Part shown: piece after piece, positions 59,901 through 64,000 of the stretch | How positions within the stretch are numbered: the first letter of the stretch is position 1 | How the letters are laid out: each line of letters begins with the position of its first letter | Assembly: GCF_009914755.1 (NCBI RefSeq) | Contig: NC_060928.1 | Strand: one strand, 5' to 3' | Length of the DNA stretch: 64,000 nt | DNA from: the human T2T-CHM13v2.0 reference genome, Homo sapiens | Position numbers and translations under genes: made by a program | Notes under the pieces: model-generated | Seen by the model: the letters and a program-made list of their open reading frames with translations, nothing else | What the model was told of the DNA's origin: nothing | Database searches by the model: none

Positions 59901-62900
59901 TTGTGTACTTTGATATTTTATGTACAGTATATAATGCATACTTTGGGTACTTTGATATTTTATGTACAGTATGTAATACATACTTTGGGTACTTTGATAT
60001 TTTATGTATAGTATATAATACATACTTTGTGTAGTTTGATATTTTATGTACAGTATACAATATATAGTTTGAGTACTTTGTTATTTTATGTCCAGTATAA
60101 AATATATAGTTTTCGTAATTGATATTTTATGTACAGAATATAGTTTGAGTACTTTGATATTTTATGTACACTTTATTATAAATGTTTGGGTACTTTCATA
60201 TTTTATGTACAGTATATAATACATACATTGGTCTCTTTGATGTTTTATGTACAGTATATAATACATACTTTGGGTTCTTTGATATTTTATGTACAGAATA
60301 TAATGCATAGTAATAGGTACTTTTATATTTTATGTACAGTATATAATACATACTTTGGGTACTTTGATATTTTATGTACAGTATATAATACATACTTTGG
60401 GAACTTTGATATTTTATGTATGGTATGTAATACATAATTTGGGTACTTTGATATTTTATGTACAGTATATAATACATACTATTGGTACTTTGATATTTTA
60501 TGTACAGTATACAATATATAGTTTGAGTACTTTGATATTTTATGTCCAGTATAAAATATATAGATTTCATACTTTGATATTTTATTTACTGAATGTAGTT
60601 TGAGTACTTTGATATTTTATGTACACTTTATTATAAAAGTTTGGGTACTTTCATATTTTACGTACAGTATATAATACATACTTTGGGCACTTTGATGTTT
60701 TATGTACAGTATATAATACATACTTTGGGTTCTTTGATATTTTATGTACAGCATATAATACATAATTTGGGGACTTTTATATTTTATATACTTTATATTA
60801 TACATACTTTGGGTACTTTTATATTTTATGTACGGTATATAATACATACTTTGGGTACTTTGATATATTATGTACAGTATATAATACATACTTTGGGTAC
60901 TTTGATATATTATGTACAGTATATAATACATACAAAGGGTACTTTGACATTTTATGTACAGTACATAATACATACTTTGGGTACTTTGATATTTTATGTA
61001 CAGTATATAATGCATACTTTGGATACTTTGATATTTTATGTACAGTATATAATACATACTTTGGGTACTTTGATATTTTATGTACAGTATGTAATGCATA
61101 ATTTGGGTAATTGAATATTTTATGTGTAGTATATAATACATACTTTGGGTACTTTGATATTTTATGGACAGTGTATAATACATACTTTGGGTACTCTGAT
61201 ATTTTATGTACAGTGTATAATATATAGTTTGGGTACTTTGATATTTTATATACAGTATATAATACATACTTTGGGTACTTTGATATTTTATGTACAGTAT
61301 ATAATACATACCTTGGGTACTTTGATATTTTATGTATAGTATATAATACATAATTTGGGTACTTTGATATTTTATGCACAGTATACAATATATAGTTTGA
61401 GTACTTTGATATTTTATGTACTGTATAAAGTATATAGTTTTGGTACTTTGATATTTTATGTACAGTATATAGTTTGAGTACTTTGATATTTTATGTACAG
61501 TTTGTTAAAAATGTTTGGGTGATTTCATATTTTATGTACAGTATATAATACATACTTTGGGCACTTTGATATCTTATGTACAGTATATAATACATACTTT
61601 GGGTACTTTTATATTTTATGTACAGTATATAATATATAGTTTGAGTACTTTGATATTTTATGTACTGTATAAAATATATAGTTTTTGTAATTTGATATTT
61701 TATGTACAGTATATAGTTTGAGTACTTTGATATTTTATGTACAGTTTTTTATAAATGTTTGGGTGCTTTCATATTTTATGTACAGTATATAATACATACA
61801 AAGGGCAGTTTGATATTTTATGTCCAGTATATAATACATACTTTGGGTACTTTGATATTTTATGTACAGTATATAGTTTGAGTACTTTGATATTTAATGT
61901 TCAGTTTATTATAAATGTTTGGGTGCTTTCATATTTTATATACAGTATATAATACATACTTTGGGCACTTTGATATTTTCTGTACAGTATATAATACCTA
62001 CTTTGGGTACTTTGTTATTTTATGTACGGTATATAATACATACATTGGGTACTTTGATATTTTATGTAAAGTATATAATATACAGTTTGGTTACTTTGAT
62101 ATTTTATATACAGTATAAAATATATATTATGTGTACTTTGATATATTATGTACAGTATATAATATATAGTATGGGTTGTTTGATATTTTATGTACAGTAT
62201 ATAATATATAGTTTGGGTAGTTTGATATTTTTAGTACAATATGTAATATATAGTTTGTTTTATTTGATATTTTATGTACAGTATACAATATATAGTATTG
62301 GTACTTTGATATTTCATGTAAAGTATATAGTTTGAGTACTTTGATATTTTATATGCAGTTTATTATAAATGTTTGGGTACCTTCATATTTTATGTACAGT
62401 ATATAATACATAATTTGGGAACTTTTATTTTATGTGCAGTATATAATACATACTTTGGGTACTTTGATATTTCATGTACAGTATATAATACACACTTTGG
62501 GTACTTTGATATTTTATGTACAGTATATAATACACACTTTGGGTACTTTGATATTTTATGTACAGTATATAATACATACTTTGGGTACTTTGATGTATTA
62601 TGTACAGTATATAATACATACTTTGGGTACTTTGATATTTTATGTACAGTATATAATACATACTTTGGGTACTTTGATATTTTATGTACAGTATGTAATA
62701 CACACTTTGGGTACTTTGATATTTTATGTACAGTATGTAAAACATACTTTGGGTAGTTTGATATATTATGTACAGTATATAATACATACTTTGGGTACTC
62801 TGATATTTTATGTACAGTGTATAATACATACTTTGGGTACTTTGATATTTTATGTACAGTATATAATACATACATTGGGTACTTTGATATATTATGTACA

Positions 62901-64000
62901 GTATATACTTACTTGGGGTATCTTGATATTTTATGTACAGTATATAATGCATACTTTGGGTACTTTGATATTTTATGTACAGTATATAATGCATACTTTG
63001 AGTACTTTGATATTTTATGTACAGTATGTAATACATACTTTGGGTACTTTGATATTTTATGTATAGTATATAATACATACTTTGTGTAGTTTGATATTTT
63101 ATGTACAGTATACAATATATAGTTTGAGTACTTTGATATTTTATGTCCAGTATAAAATATATAGTTTTCCTAATTGATATTTTATGTACAGAATATAGTT
63201 TGAGTACTTTGATATTTTATGTACACTTTATTATAAATGTTTGGGTACTTTCATATTTTATGTACAGTATATAATACATACTTTGGTCTCTTTGATGTTT
63301 TATGTACAGTATATAATACATACTTTGGGTTCTTTGATATTTTATGTGCAGAATATAATGCATAGTTTTAGGTACTTTTATATTTTATGTACAGTATATA
63401 ATACATACTTTGGGTACTTTGATATTTTATGTACAGTATATAATACATACTTTGGGTACTTTGATATTTTATGTACAGTATATAATACATATTATTGGTA
63501 CTTTGATATTTTATGTCCAGTATAGAATATATAGTTTTGGTAGTTTGATATTTTATGTACAGTATATAGTTTGAGTACATTGATATTTTATGTACACTTT
63601 ATTATAAATGTTTGGATACTTTCATATTTTATGTACAGTATATAATACATACTTTGGGCACTTTGATATTTTATGTACAGTATACAATACATACTTTGGG
63701 TACTTTTTTTATTTTATGTACAGTATATAATACATAATTTGGGTACTTTGATATTTTATTTACAGTATATAATGCATACTTTGGGTACTTTGATGTTTTA
63801 TGTACAGTATATAATACATACTTAGGGTACTTTGACATTTTATGTGCAGTACATAATACATACTTTGGATGCTTTGTTATTTTAAATACAGTATGTAATA
63901 CATATTTTGGGTACTTTGATATTTTATGTACAGTATATAATACATACTTTGGTACTTTTATATTTCATATACAGTATATAATATATAGTTTGGGTACTTT
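50901..64000 (+). repeat. Large intra-array duplication, copy 2 (~13.1 kb, runs off the window end)
   Basis: Matches 6130-19308 apart from scattered SNVs and four indels (+42, -77, -41, -3 bp relative to copy 1). Confidence 0.93.

Larger units (their letters stand above)
1..64000. repeat. Human Satellite 1A (HSat1A / classical Satellite I / SAR) 42-bp tandem array, about 1,500 monomers, single orientation
   Basis: Bases 1-42 (ATACATACTTTGGGTACTTTGATATTTTATGTACAGTATATA; 19T/13A/6G/4C) recur head-to-tail to position 64000. Two GTAC sites per monomer give 17+25-bp subunits, the defining RsaI A/B structure of human Satellite I. The reverse strand reads ACATAAAATATCAAAGTACCCAAAGTATGTATTATATACTGT. 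Family assignment is from recognition of the consensus, not a database search. Confidence 0.95.

Noticed and set aside
10-63580. Hundreds of ORFs up to 359 aa encoding hydrophobic 14-aa repeats (TLGTLIFYVQYIIH, MYYILYIKYQSTQS, etc.)
   Set aside because: 42 is divisible by 3 and four of the six consensus frames lack stops. ORFs overlap on both strands and end at indel monomers or chance stop variants, and there is no unique domain or visible sign of codon-level constraint. They are translation artefacts of satellite DNA.
1-64000. CRISPR-like repeat/spacer appearance (conserved GTACTTTGATATTTTATGTAC alternating with a more variable ~21-bp part), or a diversity-generating cassette system
   Set aside because: The variable parts are point variants of one consensus, not unique spacers. 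There are no cas, recombinase or reverse transcriptase genes, no leader and no non-repeat DNA.
1-64000. Inversions, embedded Alu/L1/LTR insertions, alpha-satellite or CENP-B boxes, HSat1B, HSat2/3 (CATTC)n
   Set aside because: None seen: the T-rich strand stays on + throughout and I noticed no stretch departing from the 42-bp frame.
1-64000. G-quadruplex potential from regularly spaced GGG/GGGG
   Set aside because: G-runs are ~39 bp apart, far longer than typical intramolecular G4 loops.
1-64000. Assignment to a specific chromosome (3, 4, 13 or another acrocentric)
   Set aside because: Not determinable by eye; it needs alignment of private k-mers (e.g. from 19.5-20.1 kb) to a T2T assembly.

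Overview
The whole 64-kb window is one uninterrupted, single-orientation tandem array of a ~76% AT, 42-bp satellite (+ strand consensus ATACATACTTTGGGTACTTTGATATTTTATGTACAGTATATA). Each monomer carries two GTAC (RsaI) sites spaced 17 and 25 bp apart. This matches human classical Satellite I / HSat1A (SAR), so the window is most likely pericentromeric or acrocentric short-arm heterochromatin from human or a close ape. I found no genes, RNA genes, transposons or CRISPR arrays. All listed ORFs are artefacts of a 42-bp (14-codon) period with stop-free frames, and I find no evidence of a new protein-coding system. The informative signal is the array's internal architecture. First, about 95 boundary cassettes (a 35-bp plus a 41-bp short monomer) cut the array into variable-length units of mostly 42n-8 bp, with the 11-mer (453-455 bp) most common. 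Second, a small set of recognisable unit types is shuffled in a mosaic with ~3.1/6.3-kb nesting. Third, a >=13-kb block is duplicated ~44.7 kb apart. Fourth, there are readable unequal-crossover and conversion scars, a quasi-palindrome in each monomer, and CpG-decay footprints. Coordinates and counts were read by eye and from ORF-track offsets; block edges are approximate to about one monomer.
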